Notes: generated by a model not told the origin, from the sequence alone. Numbered from the stretch's first letter, positions 29,814 to 40,907 are shown. The stretch is DNA of 64,000 nucleotides from Candidatus Cloacimonadales bacterium (GCA_963663475.2 CAXXJV010000002.1:339211-403210), one strand, 5' to 3'. Numbers and translations: made by a program.

Positions 29814-31473
29814 ACCTGCCTGTTATCTTGTTATAATTTTATTTACCCTACTAAGTACTAGCTTATTTTGTGTTACTATAGTTGAGACTCAAATTAATGG
29901 TAATAAACTTGTAAGTGATAAAGAATTATATAATCTGTTAACTTTTCGTAATGGAAGTGAATTCAACTATCAAATAGCCAATCAATCTATCAAGGCTATT
30001 GAAGATTATTACAAGAGTAAAGGTTATAGATTTGTTAATATAAAAGCAGTTGAAGCTATTCCTGTTGAATCAGACCAAGTTAAAGTAATTATTAGTATTC
30101 AAGAATCATCACTTAATAAGATTTCTGATATAACTTTTACAGGTAATTATGCTATTAAAGACCTTGTTTTTCAAGAAATCCTAGCTCAAAAAGACCTAAC
30201 AATTGATGATATTGGCATGATTAAGCAAATGATTATTGACCAATATTCAGTCAGATCATATTTCTTTACCCAAGTAGCTGTCGATAGCATTAAGGAAACA
30301 GAGACTGGGGCACAAATAAACTTTAAAATTACTGAGAATAAACCTTTCAAACATAAATTTTTTAAATTTAAGGGTAATGCAGTAAGTAAAGATTATTCCT
30401 TGATTAAGATTTCACGACTTAATAGAAGTCAAAGCCTAACTCCCCAACTCATAAGTCAGGCAGAGAATAGATTGCTTGCTAAAAGCTACATAAGAAAGGT
30501 TTCTATTGATCCTATAGATTTTGAAAGCTTGCTTATCGATATAACCGAAGGGAAGATGACTACTATCTCAGGTATTGCAGGCTATAATAGTAAGAATTCA
30601 GATTATCCTTTTAGTGGTTTTCTAAATTTTTCTTTCAATAACCTCTTTGGTAGTGATAGAAGATTGGATTTTAAATGGAATAAACTTACTGCAGATAGAA
30701 CAGACCTTGCCCTTGCTTATCATGATTCTGGTTTGAAAGACTACTATTTCTCAGCTGATATAGATGTTAAAAGAACTGAATATGATACTTTAGCTACTCT
30801 TTCAGAGCTAGGACTTTCCCTTAATTATGACTTTACTTACCATGAGGTAGGACTTTATACTAAATATATAAATTACGATGTTATAGCCTCTAGCAGTCTA
30901 GAATCATCAGAAAAAATATCAGGTATTGGTGTTTTCTGGCAACAAAACTTCTTAGATAATCAAGTAAATCCTAGGTCTGGCTATCAAGCAAGATTTTCTA
31001 TAGATTATAACATGAGCTCTCTTATAGAGGAAAACTATAATATCAGTCAGGGTTTTTTAACTTACGCTTTTTCACTTAATCCAAAATTAGTACTATTCAA
31101 TAAGTTTTCTGCAAAATACTCAACAAAAAAAGATTTATCTTCCTATAATAGCTTTAAATTAGGTGGTTTTAATTCTCTAAGAGGTTTTCAGGAAGAACAA
31201 TTTTCCGGATATTTCATTAGCTGGAATAATCTAGAAATTAGGTATTTATTTGGCAATACTAACAGTCTATTTGTCTTTGGAGATCTAGCTTATTTAGAAA
31301 GCTCTGAATTAGGGCAGATAAGAAAAATGGGTAATCTCTACTCTTTAGGTTTAGGCATGAGAATTGCTACTCGCCTAGGTAATCTAACCTTTGAATATGG
31401 TCTAGGATATAATGATGGATGGAACTCACTATACGACGGCTTAATCCATTTCGGTCTAGAAACAAGTTTTTAA
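29806..31473 (+). CDS. BamA/TamA-family outer-membrane protein (POTRA domains + barrel)
   Basis: POTRA-like repeats, NNLFGSDR, LGGFNSLRGF, C-terminal F. Confidence 0.8.
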   Translation: MNRPACYLVIILFTLLSTSLFCVTIVETQINGNKLVSDKELYNLLTFRNGSEFNYQIANQSIKAIEDYYKSKGYRFVNIKAVEAIPVESDQVKVIISIQESSLNKISDITFTGNYAIKDLVFQEILAQKDLTIDDIGMIKQMIIDQYSVRSYFFTQVAVDSIKETETGAQINFKITENKPFKHKFFKFKGNAVSKDYSLIKISRLNRSQSLTPQLISQAENRLLAKSYIRKVSIDPIDFESLLIDITEGKMTTISGIAGYNSKNSDYPFSGFLNFSFNNLFGSDRRLDFKWNKLTADRTDLALAYHDSGLKDYYFSADIDVKRTEYDTLATLSELGLSLNYDFTYHEVGLYTKYINYDVIASSSLESSEKISGIGVFWQQNFLDNQVNPRSGYQARFSIDYNMSSLIEENYNISQGFLTYAFSLNPKLVLFNKFSAKYSTKKDLSSYNSFKLGGFNSLRGFQEEQFSGYFISWNNLEIRYLFGNTNSLFVFGDLAYLESSELGQIRKMGNLYSLGLGMRIATRLGNLTFEYGLGYNDGWNSLYDGLIHFGLETSF

Positions 31474-31488
31474 ATCAAAATAAGTTAT

Positions 31489-31774
31489 TCTTCTCTAAAG
31501 CTCTACTGCACCATTCGGATTAAACTTGAACCATTTTTTTTCATTCAACTTTTATAATCTGGGATAATGATTGACAAGTAGTCTGCTTTAGTAATACTTG
31601 ATATATTAATCCAATTAAGGACTAAGAGCTTTGATAAGAGCTTATTGAGATTAAACCCAATAAAGCAGTAGGTTTTTGTGAACAGAAGAATCTGCACTTA
31701 TTTCAAAATCCTACTACACTACTTGGTTAAATCAATCTGCACTCTTCAGCAAAGTTCTACTACACTATCTGGAT
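31489..31774. mobile_element. Cluster of decayed MITE ends and short copies
   Basis: TIR-like segments at 31489-31520, 31654-31727 and 31734-31774 (tgcactcttc..aaagttctactacactatctgg). Confidence 0.65.
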
Positions 31775-31800
31775 TAAAAAGATAATTTGTGGAGGAAACT

Positions 31801-33018
31801 ATGAATGAAATTAAATGGGTAGAAAACACTAATCCTAACTACAATAAAACTTACTTTTCTAATAGATTATTTCCTAGAGATATAAGTAGTAAAACAAGAA
31901 GTTTTCATGATTCTATTCCTGCTTTTGAGATTACCCCGCTAAAATGTCTTAGAAAGATGGCATCTTATATTGGTGTAGGGGGAATCTGGGTAAAAGATGA
32001 ATCTTGTCGTTTACATCTTAATTCTTTTAAAGTATTAGGTGGGTCTTATGCTATCTATCGCTTTTTAAAGAAACGTTTAGCTATGAAGGAAGATTTTACC
32101 TATGAGCAACTTATTTCTCCAGAGTTTAAGAAACAAACAGGACAAATCACTTTTGCGACTGCTACTGATGGTAATCACGGGCGGGGAGTAGCTTGGGCTG
32201 CTAGTAAGTTAGGCCATAAATCGGTAATTTATGTTCATAAAAACACTTCTCAGCCTAGAATAGATGCGATTAAATCTTATGGTGCTGTAGTTAAAGTAGT
32301 AGATGGTAATTACGATGATGCAGTGGAACAAGTAAGTATTGATGCTAAGAAAAATGCTTGGGAGATAATATCTGATACTTCCTGGCCAGGATATGAGGAA
32401 ATACCAAGCTGGATTATGCAAGGCTACACTACCATTGTTTCTGAAGTTCAGGAGCAGTTGGGAGCTCAAGGAATACTATACCCTAGCCATATCTTTGTCC
32501 AGGCTGGAGTTGGAGCTTTAGCTGCAGCAATACTTGGTCATTATCATGCTATACTAGGTGAAAATTCACCTACCTGCATTGTGGTTGAACCTGATAAAGC
32601 AGCTTGCTTATATGAGAGTATGAGAATTGGAGATGGTAAAGCCCATAATTTCCCAGGAGACTTAGATTCAATCATGGCTGGTTTAGCTTGTGGAGATCCC
32701 AGTCCTATAGCTTGGGATGTCTTAGTAGAATCTGCTGATGTTTTTATCTCTGCCAAAGATTATATTGCGGCTGAAGGTATGAGAATGTATGCAGTTCCTC
32801 TTAAAAGTGATCCCTTTGTTGTAAGTGGAGAATCTGGAGCTGTTACTCTGGCGACCTTAAAACATATTATGCTTGACCCTGATTTAGAAGATTTAAGAAA
32901 GAAACTGAAATTAGATTCTAAGTCTAAGGTTCTCTTGATAAATTCAGAAGGAAATACTGATCCAATCAACTTCAGAAGAGTGGTCTGGGAAGGTTCTAAA
33001 CCTCTTCCTCATAGATAA
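31801..33018 (+). CDS. dpaL: Diaminopropionate ammonia-lyase
   Basis: VKDES.R..LNSFKVLGG, TATDGNHGRG, ISDTSW.GY, MQGY, QAGVG, MAGLACG, GESGA. Confidence 0.92.
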   Translation: MNEIKWVENTNPNYNKTYFSNRLFPRDISSKTRSFHDSIPAFEITPLKCLRKMASYIGVGGIWVKDESCRLHLNSFKVLGGSYAIYRFLKKRLAMKEDFTYEQLISPEFKKQTGQITFATATDGNHGRGVAWAASKLGHKSVIYVHKNTSQPRIDAIKSYGAVVKVVDGNYDDAVEQVSIDAKKNAWEIISDTSWPGYEEIPSWIMQGYTTIVSEVQEQLGAQGILYPSHIFVQAGVGALAAAILGHYHAILGENSPTCIVVEPDKAACLYESMRIGDGKAHNFPGDLDSIMAGLACGDPSPIAWDVLVESADVFISAKDYIAAEGMRMYAVPLKSDPFVVSGESGAVTLATLKHIMLDPDLEDLRKKLKLDSKSKVLLINSEGNTDPINFRRVVWEGSKPLPHR

Positions 33019-33065
33019 GTATAGAGGATTTATGTATGTGTAAATGCACAAGAGTGACCATTTGT

Positions 33066-33088
33066 CAGCAAGGGGTGCAAACCCCTTG
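33066..33088. repeat. REP-like palindrome family B
   Basis: cagcaaggggtgcaaaccccttg; exact reverse complement at 52776-52798. Confidence 0.65.
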
Positions 33089-33308
33089 TATGATGAGAAG
33101 GGATGTAAATAGCCCTAGGTGGTCGATATTAATTTCTCTCAATTCACAATGAGTAAAAATCAAGAAAAATTAACAATTGCTTACCTATCTATAAATTTAT
33201 ACTTTAAGCACCATTTGACATAGAAAATAATTTATAAATAAAAATTTATTTGACAGTAAATATAAAATGTCTCATTATTGCCTCAAAATTATGAGAGGAG
33301 TTTTTTTA

Positions 33309-36300
33309 ATGAGAAATACTAAGTACTTTTTATTGATAATAATGATAAGCCTGTTTGGATTTATGAATCTGAATGGACAAGCTACAGACCTATTTATTTC
33401 TGAATATATCGAAGGTAGTGGAACTTATAACAAGGCTCTCGAATTATTCAACGGTACAGGTAGCTCTGTGAATTTAGATACTTATTCAATTTCTATTTAT
33501 ACAAATGGATCGTCAAGTGCTAGTTATACATTAGCTTTATCTGGGGACTTAGCGAATAATGATGTTCTTGTGATATCTAGAGCTTCCGCAGATGCCCAAA
33601 TTCAAGAAGTTACCGATATTGAAGATGCTTCACTAAACAACTTCAATGGAGATGATGCAATTGCTTTACTAAATAATGGTATTGTTATCGATGTTTTTGG
33701 TACAATTGGGGTTGATCCTGGTTCATCTTGGCCTCTTCCAGGGATAGGTAATAATACTAAAGATCATACATTAGTAAGGAAATCTTCTGTTTCTTCTCCT
33801 AATTCGACTAATTCAGCTTCCTTTGGAACTACAACAGAGAATTCAGAGTGGGATGTTTATGAGCAAAATACCTTTTCTTTTATTGGTTCTCATACTTTTG
33901 GTGCAACAGGAAATTTAGCTCCAGTAATTTCTAATATAGTTATAGATCCAGAAACAAATATTGATTATTTAGAAACAGTTTCAGTTTCAGCAGATGTTAC
34001 AGATGATGATACAGTATCAAGTGTTGTATTAAACTGGGGAACTACTAGTGGTAGTTTAACTAATCAAATTACTATGAATAATAGTGGTTCAACTTATACT
34101 ACTCTATCTGATATTCCTGCACAAGCAAAGAGTACAACAGTTTATTATCAAATTACCGCAACTGATAATGACTCAGCAACAAGCACTTCAACTGAAGCAA
34201 GTTATACTGTATTAAGCAATGTTCTCCCAATCATAACAAACATTGGTCAAACTCCTACTGCAAATATTACTTCATCTACAGCAGTTTCAATTTCAGCAGA
34301 TATTACAGATAATGATGGCACAATAATTGGTGCTGAATTACACTGGGGAACATCTACAGGTACTTTATCAAACACTATTGATATGTCTCCTTCTTCAGGA
34401 GATACTTATGTAACCGATTCAGAAATTCCTGTTCAACTTAATGGTACAACAGTTTATTATGAAATTTATGCCTTAGATAATGATAGCGGAGAGACTACTT
34501 CTTCAGAACAAAGCTATGAAGTTCTCGACCCTTTACCTTTAGATGCCGATTTCTCTGCTAATTCAACAAATGTTTATGTTGACCAAGAGGTAACTTTTAC
34601 AAATGCAACAAGCGGTGGTTCAATACCATATTCATTCAGTTGGAATTTCGGGGACTCTAACACTTCAACAACAGAAAATCCTACCCATACTTATGGTTCA
34701 ACAGGCACATATACGGTTGAACTTACTGTAACTGATGCCAACTCAGCAAGTGATACTGAAACAAAATTAGGATATATCACAGTTGAAGAAGCTCCTGAAG
34801 GTGCTACTGATTTGTTCTTCTCAGAATATATTGAAGGCTCTTCAAATAATAAAGCTATTGAAATTTTCAATGGTACAGGTGCTCCTGTATCTCTTTCTGA
34901 TTATTCCTTAAAACAATATAATAATGGTGCTACAGACTTAAGCGGGACAACCTATGAAGTAACTTTAAGTGGCACTTTAGCTAATAATGATGTTTATGTT
35001 GTCTATAATTCAAATGCGGGAAGTAATATAACTTCAGTCGGAGATCAGTCAGGAGCTAGTGTCACAAACTTTAATGGTGATGATGCTATTGCATTAATTA
35101 AAAATGATGTAGTGATAGATGTTATTGGTGAAATTGGGAATGACCCAGGTACTGCTTGGCCTGTTGCTGGAACTTCTAATGCTACTGCAGAACATACTTT
35201 AGTTCGAAAATCTTCTATTGCTTCCCCTACAGCTGATTGGGCTGTTTCAGCAGGAACTACAGCTGAAAATTCTCAATGGATTGTTTACGATCAAGACGAA
35301 ACATCTTATCTTGGTGCTCATGTATTTACTTATGATGTACCTACCGAATTTTCGGTTAATTTTGAAGCAGACCTTACTTCAGGCGACCAACCTTTAACAG
35401 TAAATTTCACTAGTTCAGTTTCTGGAGGAACTTCACCATATCTTTATAGCTGGGATTTCGACGGTGATGAAGAAGAAGATTCAACTTCTGATAATCCTTC
35501 TTATACTTTTACAGAGGCAGGAACATATACAGTATCACTTTATGTGATAGATGATGAAGCAAGAGATTCACTTCATGTTAAAACAGGGTATATTACAGTA
35601 AACAGTACTAGTATAGAGTCCTATTATGCTTCGATTACTGAAACTTCCGGACAAGCCTTGAAAACACAGCTTCATAATTTAATTGCGACTAATACTTTAA
35701 CAAATTATGATGCTTCTCGAGAAGCTATGTATAGCACAATAGATAATATTAATGGTAAGGTAACAGGAGTATACTCTGGACTTGAGGTTGCCCATACTTA
35801 TGGAACAACTTCCACTCCCGCGGGTATAGATTGTGAACATTCTTATCCTCAAAGTTGGTTAGAGGCGTATGAATCTGCAAGTGATTATGCGATAGCAAGA
35901 ACAGATATACACCATTTATTCCCAACTAAATCTGAAGTAAATTCTTCAAGAGGAAATCTTCCTTTTGATAATGTTAACTCCGTATTAAACAGCTGGTCTG
36001 AAGCAAGTGGTTATGTATCTTATCGAGGAACAAATATTGATGGTGAGACAGTTTTTGAAGTTGCAGATCAACACAAGGGAAATACAGCAAGGGCTATGTT
36101 ATATATGAATACTCGTTGGAATTTGCCATTATCAGATGATGGTTCAACAACAGGCTTAAATATCGACATGTTGCCTACCCTTCTTCAGTGGCATGAAGCA
36201 GATCCAGTGGACCAAGCTGAAATTGATAGAAATGAAGGTATTTATGATTATCAAGGTAATAGAAATCCATTTGTTAATCATCCTGAATGGGTAACAGCCA

Positions 36301-38555
36301 TATATGGCTCAGCAACAAATCCACAAGTGGCTACTCCTACTATTTCTCCAGCTTCAGGTAGTTTTGTTAATTCAGTGGAAGTAGCAATATCTTGTCTAAC
36401 AAATGGTGCTTCTATCTATTATACAACTAATGGAGATACTCCTACTACAAGCTCAACGCTTTATGAAAATCCTTTCGCCATTACTGAATCAGCAACTATC
36501 AAAGCTATTGCTTCCAAAGTGGGTTTTGATGATAGCGGGATTGCTACAGCAACATATACTTTATCAGAAAATCAATCCGTAGCAAGTGACCTCTTTATTT
36601 CTGAATACATAGAAGGTGCTTCAGGTAGTAACAAAGCCCTGGAAATCTTCAATGGTACAGGTTCTGATGTTGATTTAAGTGCTTATTCAGTTAAATTAGG
36701 AAATAATGGTACAAGTTGGGACTCTCCGATAAGCTTGACAGGTACTCTCACTAACAACTCAGTATATGTTATTGCTAATTCTTCTGCTGAAGATACAGGC
36801 ATTATAGAAGCAGCTAACCTTTCAAATGGATCTTTATCCTTTAATGGTAATGATGCAGTTGGTTTATTTAAAAATGATGTTCTAATTGATATTATTGGTA
36901 TTTATGAAAATGACCCTGGTGCTGCTTGGGACGTTGCAGGTACTACAGAAGCTACAGAAGATCATGTCTTAGTCAGAAAATCTTATGTAAGTCAAGGAAA
37001 TACTGATTGGACTACTTCTGCTGGAACAGATGCAAGTGATTCAGAATGGCTTGTATATGCAAATGCTACTTATGACTATCTTGGAAATCATAGTTTTACA
37101 CCTCTAACTGTAGATTTTTCAGCAGATCTAACTTCGACAACAGCAGGTACTACAATTCAATTTACTGCGAATGTAAGTGGTGGCTCAAGCCCTTATGTTT
37201 ATGAGTGGGACTTTAATAATGATGGAGTTGCTGAATCAATGTCAGCTAATCCTAATCATATCTACAATGTAGCTGGAACTTATTCAGTTTCTCTCTATGT
37301 TCTTGATAACAATTTTGATGAAAGAACCTTGGTTAAGAATGATTATATAACCATAGCATCAAATATTGTTTATGCAGATGATTTAATAATCTCTGAATAT
37401 GTTGCAGGTAGTGGAAATAATAAGTCTCTGGAAGTCTATAATGGAACAGGTCAAACAGTAGACTTATCTAACTACTCTATCAGAATTTCTAACCCAGGAG
37501 GGTCTTGGGCTCAAACACTAAATTTATCTGGGAATTTAGAAAATGATGCTGTTTATGTCTTAGCTCATCCTAGTGCAAGCGCTAGTGTCTTAAACTTGGC
37601 TTCAACTACCAATGCAAGCCTTGCATTTAATGGAAAAAATGCAATTGGCTTGTTCAAGAGTGATAGTCCAATAGATATAATTGGAGTAGCTAATGCTTCT
37701 CCAGCTGGTAATGCAGATGGGTGGACTGTTGCCAATATTGCTAATGCTACAGCTTCAAGAACTCTTGTTAGGAAAAGTAGTATAAGAGCTGGTAATACTA
37801 ATTCTGAAACATGGACTAGTGGTGGTACAAAAAATGGAACAACAACTCCAGATTCAGAGTGGACAGTCTTTGAACAGGATTCTTTTGGCGATTTAGGAAA
37901 CCATGATTTCGATTTTGGAGATGAAACTCTTCCTGTAACATTAACCTCATTTACATCATCAATGACATATAGTGGTTTAGGTCAAGCTATGGTGTCTATT
38001 CAATGGAAAACTGAAGCTGAAAGTGGGCTTATTGGCTATAATGTTCTTAGGAGTATGAATCCATTCTATGAGAGTGCAATAAGGGTTAATCAAGAAATTG
38101 TTTCAGCCAATAACAGTCTTGTGGGAAATAGCTATTCTTACATTGATCAAAATGTTCAACTTCATAACAACTACTATTATTGGTTGGAATCAGTTGAGCT
38201 ATCCAATGAAAATGAGACTTTTGGACCTATCCATATCAAAGTTGTGGGATATAACTCAGATAGTGTTACTGTTCCTTATAAAACTAGTTTGAGAAGTATT
38301 TACCCAAATCCATTTAATCCTTCCACTACTGTTAGATTTTATGTTAATACAACTGATAGAGTTAACATAAAAGTCTATAACATCAGAGGACAGGAAATTA
38401 AACAATTGACTCAGGAAGTTTACCAGCCTGGATTTTATAAGGTAATTTGGAATGGTAAAGATGAAAATGAAAATAGATGTGCATCTGGTATTTATCTTTT
38501 CAAGATGGAAACAACAAGAGAGAGTCAGTTAATCAAAGGTATTTTAGTAAAATAG
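33309..38555 (+). CDS. Secreted endonuclease I (His-Me finger) with 4 lamin-tail domains, 3 PKD domains, Fn3-like domains and a FlgD/T9SS-type tail
   Basis: CEHSYPQSW, DIHHLFP...NSSRGNLPF, HKGNTARAMLYM, QGNRNPF; four 'DL(F/I)(I/F)SEY.EG..NK' repeats; SWNFGD/WDF PKD motifs; YPNPFNP. Confidence 0.88.
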   Translation: MRNTKYFLLIIMISLFGFMNLNGQATDLFISEYIEGSGTYNKALELFNGTGSSVNLDTYSISIYTNGSSSASYTLALSGDLANNDVLVISRASADAQIQEVTDIEDASLNNFNGDDAIALLNNGIVIDVFGTIGVDPGSSWPLPGIGNNTKDHTLVRKSSVSSPNSTNSASFGTTTENSEWDVYEQNTFSFIGSHTFGATGNLAPVISNIVIDPETNIDYLETVSVSADVTDDDTVSSVVLNWGTTSGSLTNQITMNNSGSTYTTLSDIPAQAKSTTVYYQITATDNDSATSTSTEASYTVLSNVLPIITNIGQTPTANITSSTAVSISADITDNDGTIIGAELHWGTSTGTLSNTIDMSPSSGDTYVTDSEIPVQLNGTTVYYEIYALDNDSGETTSSEQSYEVLDPLPLDADFSANSTNVYVDQEVTFTNATSGGSIPYSFSWNFGDSNTSTTENPTHTYGSTGTYTVELTVTDANSASDTETKLGYITVEEAPEGATDLFFSEYIEGSSNNKAIEIFNGTGAPVSLSDYSLKQYNNGATDLSGTTYEVTLSGTLANNDVYVVYNSNAGSNITSVGDQSGASVTNFNGDDAIALIKNDVVIDVIGEIGNDPGTAWPVAGTSNATAEHTLVRKSSIASPTADWAVSAGTTAENSQWIVYDQDETSYLGAHVFTYDVPTEFSVNFEADLTSGDQPLTVNFTSSVSGGTSPYLYSWDFDGDEEEDSTSDNPSYTFTEAGTYTVSLYVIDDEARDSLHVKTGYITVNSTSIESYYASITETSGQALKTQLHNLIATNTLTNYDASREAMYSTIDNINGKVTGVYSGLEVAHTYGTTSTPAGIDCEHSYPQSWLEAYESASDYAIARTDIHHLFPTKSEVNSSRGNLPFDNVNSVLNSWSEASGYVSYRGTNIDGETVFEVADQHKGNTARAMLYMNTRWNLPLSDDGSTTGLNIDMLPTLLQWHEADPVDQAEIDRNEGIYDYQGNRNPFVNHPEWVTAIYGSATNPQVATPTISPASGSFVNSVEVAISCLTNGASIYYTTNGDTPTTSSTLYENPFAITESATIKAIASKVGFDDSGIATATYTLSENQSVASDLFISEYIEGASGSNKALEIFNGTGSDVDLSAYSVKLGNNGTSWDSPISLTGTLTNNSVYVIANSSAEDTGIIEAANLSNGSLSFNGNDAVGLFKNDVLIDIIGIYENDPGAAWDVAGTTEATEDHVLVRKSYVSQGNTDWTTSAGTDASDSEWLVYANATYDYLGNHSFTPLTVDFSADLTSTTAGTTIQFTANVSGGSSPYVYEWDFNNDGVAESMSANPNHIYNVAGTYSVSLYVLDNNFDERTLVKNDYITIASNIVYADDLIISEYVAGSGNNKSLEVYNGTGQTVDLSNYSIRISNPGGSWAQTLNLSGNLENDAVYVLAHPSASASVLNLASTTNASLAFNGKNAIGLFKSDSPIDIIGVANASPAGNADGWTVANIANATASRTLVRKSSIRAGNTNSETWTSGGTKNGTTTPDSEWTVFEQDSFGDLGNHDFDFGDETLPVTLTSFTSSMTYSGLGQAMVSIQWKTEAESGLIGYNVLRSMNPFYESAIRVNQEIVSANNSLVGNSYSYIDQNVQLHNNYYYWLESVELSNENETFGPIHIKVVGYNSDSVTVPYKTSLRSIYPNPFNPSTTVRFYVNTTDRVNIKVYNIRGQEIKQLTQEVYQPGFYKVIWNGKDENENRCASGIYLFKMETTRESQLIKGILVK

Positions 38556-38582
38556 ATATCATGTTAGCTTTAATAAATTATA

Positions 38583-38609
38583 TAAGCCCTGTCATTTGTA
38601 CAGGGCTTA
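38583..38609. terminator. Terminator-like hairpin after the nuclease gene
   Basis: taagccctgt-catttgt-acagggctta. Confidence 0.65.
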
Positions 38610-38660
38610 CATACCTTGCTGGCAAATAAGAAAATAATTTTCTTCCCTATCCATCCCTAA

Positions 38661-38721
38661 TCCTTCCTTTACAGTCTTTCGATGAAAGTCCCAGTTTCAT
38701 CGAAAGACTGTAAAGGAAGGA
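38661..38721. repeat. Palindromic repeat family A
   Basis: tccttcctttacagtctttcgatgaaa-gtcccag-tttcatcgaaagactgtaaaggaagga. Confidence 0.88.
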
Positions 38722-38793
38722 ATAAGGAAGGAATAAGAAAGAAAGATGGTTTTTTAACCCAGTAGAACTTGCTTTAATAATCAACAATTTTAC

Positions 38794-39759
38794 TTATTCA
38801 AACATGTCTATCATCCTTAACTGCTGATTAAATCCATTAACTTTAACCATGATAGGCTTATTATTAGGTCTATACATAAGTTTATTATAAATTTCATTCA
38901 CTTTATTAATTGAGTTCATATCAATTCCGCTTAACTCAATTTCATCTCCAACTTGAAGATTATTAGGGCAATTCTCTCGAATATGTTCAACAAAAATCTT
39001 GTTATCAATAATTTTGATTTGGATTCCAGGACTATAACTGTCTTCAATATTAAGAAGGGGAGTGGAAAGAGAATCTTTAAATTTTAATTTTGAATTAGCT
39101 ACATCAATAAGAACTTTATACTTAGAAGCAAAATTCATACCCAAGATATATCTGAAAGGGATTACTGGCATATCAGAAGTTTCTCCGAAGAGATGCTTAC
39201 CTCTGAAAGTTCCATCAAGATAAAGTTCAATATCTTTAGAGAAATTCATGGACTTTGTTCCCATAAAAGAGACAAATCTCCAATTTAATGAAGTGGGGTA
39301 ATCTGAGAAGATCGGCTTAAATGACATGCATTGGAAGGCTCCAGTATCAAAAACGGTTAATGCCTCATAATCTTCCTGTATTGGAGCCATTGATGTTATT
39401 ATAAACTGAGAGAAATGACATTTTAACTCAAAATCAGCGTAAAAATCTGATCTATTAAACTCAATAGTTTCATCTCTCACATCAATAAGAACATTATCAA
39501 AAGCCATGATAAAATCAAGACCCAAGATGCCTGCTACTTCAATGCCTACTAGGTGAGAAAGTTCTTGCAAAACTTCCGAAAATTCAAGGTCTCCCAGAGA
39601 GAGAGTGAAGGGAAAATTAAGCTCTAAATCATCAGAAGTAATCTCATCAATTTCTTTAGAGAAAGAAAAAGGACAACCAGAATCTAAAAACATGTAGTAA
39701 GTTTCACCATTTCGTTGAACAGGTATAAAAATAGTGTTTAACAAAGATATAATTTTCAT
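38794..39759 (-). CDS. Tandem retropepsin-like aspartyl protease with a degenerate PDZ-like tail
   Basis: FLDSG...GILGLDF and VFDTG...YILGMNF; C-terminal 'PGIQI...LQVGDEI'. Confidence 0.7.
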   Translation of the reverse strand: MKIISLLNTIFIPVQRNGETYYMFLDSGCPFSFSKEIDEITSDDLELNFPFTLSLGDLEFSEVLQELSHLVGIEVAGILGLDFIMAFDNVLIDVRDETIEFNRSDFYADFELKCHFSQFIITSMAPIQEDYEALTVFDTGAFQCMSFKPIFSDYPTSLNWRFVSFMGTKSMNFSKDIELYLDGTFRGKHLFGETSDMPVIPFRYILGMNFASKYKVLIDVANSKLKFKDSLSTPLLNIEDSYSPGIQIKIIDNKIFVEHIRENCPNNLQVGDEIELSGIDMNSINKVNEIYNKLMYRPNNKPIMVKVNGFNQQLRMIDMFE

Positions 39760-39840
39760 TTTTACCTCCAAGTAATCATTTAAAAATTATAAAACAATGA
39801 AAATGATCATTAGCTAATTTGTCAAATAAAATATTTAAAT

Positions 39841-40629
39841 TTATGTAATCTTATAGAAGTTTTTATTCCTTTTATAAAAAGATAAAAATCCATCATAACT
39901 AATTCTTTTCCTATCTTCATAAGGAAAGATAAATCTATTTTGTTTATCAATGAGTTTATCATAACCTTCCCATTTTTGAGAATTACTAACAAAGTAAGTT
40001 GGAAGTAGGTTCTCATCTTTAGGATAATGAACCGATCTATAAAGTATGGAATTAGCATGATAGAAGCAAGTCCAATTGCCACCAAAGCCAGTTCCTGGTT
40101 GAATAACAGCCATGATTAAGGGTGTCATTTTATGATATAAATATAGTGCCTGATAGGCAAAAGCACCTTCAAATTTGAGAAAGAGTATTGATAATCTATG
40201 GGGACCATGTTCTTCTGTAAAATCTGCCTTTCTTTCAAATATATTCCAAATAGCAAAAGGTCTATTTCTCATAAGTTGCTTAGTGATACCATTAAATTTT
40301 TCCTCTCTTTCACTAGGGTCAATAAAATCTGGTTCTACAAATCTGGATAAGTCAGCTGGTGTTAGCCTATCTTCACTAATCTCTTCTTGATAAATTAACT
40401 TATAACCTCTTAGCCCCAGTCTGGTTTCTCTATGAATATCGTCTCTTGTATATCTATAATCAACATAGATGAAAGAATATACATTACCTGCTAAATATCT
40501 AACAGGATTTCCGTCAAACCAATTGGCTGGGTAGTAACATGAATCTTTTAGCAGATTCTTAATATTAAAAGTAAAATTGTCATATCTTAACCAGTCTGGA
40601 TATGGTGCTTTCTCAATTGAATTTAACAT
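39841..40629 (-). CDS. Unknown family X, copy 1
   Basis: YYPANWFDGNP, SFIYVDY, VIQPGTGFGGNW; paralogue of 42183 and 47194. Confidence 0.8.
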   Translation of the reverse strand: MLNSIEKAPYPDWLRYDNFTFNIKNLLKDSCYYPANWFDGNPVRYLAGNVYSFIYVDYRYTRDDIHRETRLGLRGYKLIYQEEISEDRLTPADLSRFVEPDFIDPSEREEKFNGITKQLMRNRPFAIWNIFERKADFTEEHGPHRLSILFLKFEGAFAYQALYLYHKMTPLIMAVIQPGTGFGGNWTCFYHANSILYRSVHYPKDENLLPTYFVSNSQKWEGYDKLIDKQNRFIFPYEDRKRISYDGFLSFYKRNKNFYKIT

Positions 40630-40630
40630 A

Positions 40631-40893
40631 TTAACTCCTTGATATATTGCTTTTCTTGTCTTGGATACTTTTATCTAATTCCCAGATTTTGAGTCTATTT
40701 TTACTGTTAATTTTCTTTAGTAAATTTTGGTGTTTATTCCAATCGTGAAACATGGTGTTTGTTACGAATATATCGGGAAAATACTTGGCTTCATCTTTGT
40801 ATATTACAGATCTATAAAATAATTTTTCATTATCATAGTAATTAGTATAATTTCCTCCAAATCCATGACCAGGCTGAATAACTGCTAAAATAT
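40631..40893 (-). pseudogene. 5'-truncated family X copy (C-terminal fragment)
   Basis: Own translation ILAVIQPGHGFGGNYTNYYDNEKLFYRSVIYKDEAKYFPDIFVTN...; aligns with the C-terminus of 47194. Confidence 0.85.
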
Positions 40894-40907
40894 CTAGTCA
40901 TGCCATT

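Noticed and set aside
31481-31491. taagttattct matching the RNA-unit half-site
   Set aside because: Short AT-rich match with no partner half-site or stem; it abuts a MITE end.
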